From positions 1 to 34,687 of the forward strand of contig JBMSQQ010000032.1 of assembly GCA_049423385.1 (NCBI GenBank): a stretch of DNA of 34,687 bases. The letters run 5' to 3'. The notes under the pieces are model-generated. The model saw only the letters and a list, made by a program, of their open reading frames with translations, was not told where the DNA came from and ran no database searches. The translations under genes and the position numbers were made by a program. How positions within the stretch are numbered: position 1 is the first letter of the stretch; the number at the start of each line of letters is the position of its first letter. This document shows, in pieces, positions 34,346 to 34,687 of the stretch. This DNA is from Silvanigrellaceae bacterium. Its GTDB lineage: Bacteria; Bdellovibrionota_B; Oligoflexia; Silvanigrellales; Silvanigrellaceae.

Positions 34346-34687
34346 GCGCGGCCTCCCACCGTGATGTTGTCCACTTTCAAATGTGGCTGACCGACTGTTG
34401 TGTAGATGGTGCCGCTCACCGAACCACAAAAGCCCGGAGCAAGTTCAACATCATTGGCGCAAGCCGAGATCTTTTTCATAATGTCGACAGCAGTGCCAAT
34501 CAGGGTTGCTCCCTTTACAGGCTTGGTGATTTTGCCTTTCTCGATCAAATACGCCTCGCTGACGGCAAAGTTGAATTCACCGGTGGCTCCCACACTGCCG
34601 CCGCCCATCTTCTTGCAATACAAACCAGAATCGCAGCCGGCGATAAGATCATCAGGTGTAAAGCTGCCGGGAGCAATGAATGTGTTG
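34342..34687 (-). CDS. tldD: TldD metalloprotease, C-terminal part; 5' truncated by the window
   Basis: [53 protein letters not shown]. Confidence 0.93.
   Translation of the reverse strand, partial: NTFIAPGSFTPDDLIAGCDSGLYCKKMGGGSVGATGEFNFAVSEAYLIEKGKITKPVKGATLIGTAVDIMKKISACANDVELAPGFCGSVSGTIYTTVGQPHLKVDNITVGGRA

Noticed and set aside
31737..34687. TldD/E plus radical SAM as a RiPP cluster
   Set aside because: The radical SAM protein has HemW signatures and no SPASM or RRE domain; no precursor, YcaO or exporter is seen in the window

Overview
This is a gene-dense chromosomal window. The gene content (MglA-like GTPase, delta-type pilMNOPQ-TPR-aroQ neighbourhood, Tat/cytochrome lipoprotein modules) suggests a Bdellovibrionota/Oligoflexia-like or related former 'deltaproteobacterial' host; that assignment is inference. 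In order, the window holds: the 3' end of a DegP/HtrA gene, a DUF429-like nuclease plus a small ORF, secG, an RhlB-like DExD helicase with an EEP-family enzyme, a four-hypothetical operon ending in rsmE, prfC, convergent tRNA-Asp and tRNA-Trp, dut, a truncated receiver-like ORF, an atypical pilMNOPQ operon with a coupled lipoprotein, and TPR-aroQ-manA-degenerate mglA. Then come an ~7.7 kb cluster of three c-type cytochrome lipoproteins with a Tat-exported DUF1501-like protein, a further lipoprotein and a probable beta-barrel, and finally hemW, pmbA and the 3' part of tldD. No mobile element or CRISPR array was seen. The best candidates for undescribed biology are (i) the cytochrome-lipoprotein/Tat/barrel envelope redox cluster with paired sigma28-like promoters, and (ii) a type IV pilus machine with an FG/NL-repeat-tailed secretin, a cysteine-free PilP, structured leaders and a putative pseudo-GTPase MglA. 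All family calls come from motif recognition by eye; no searches were run.
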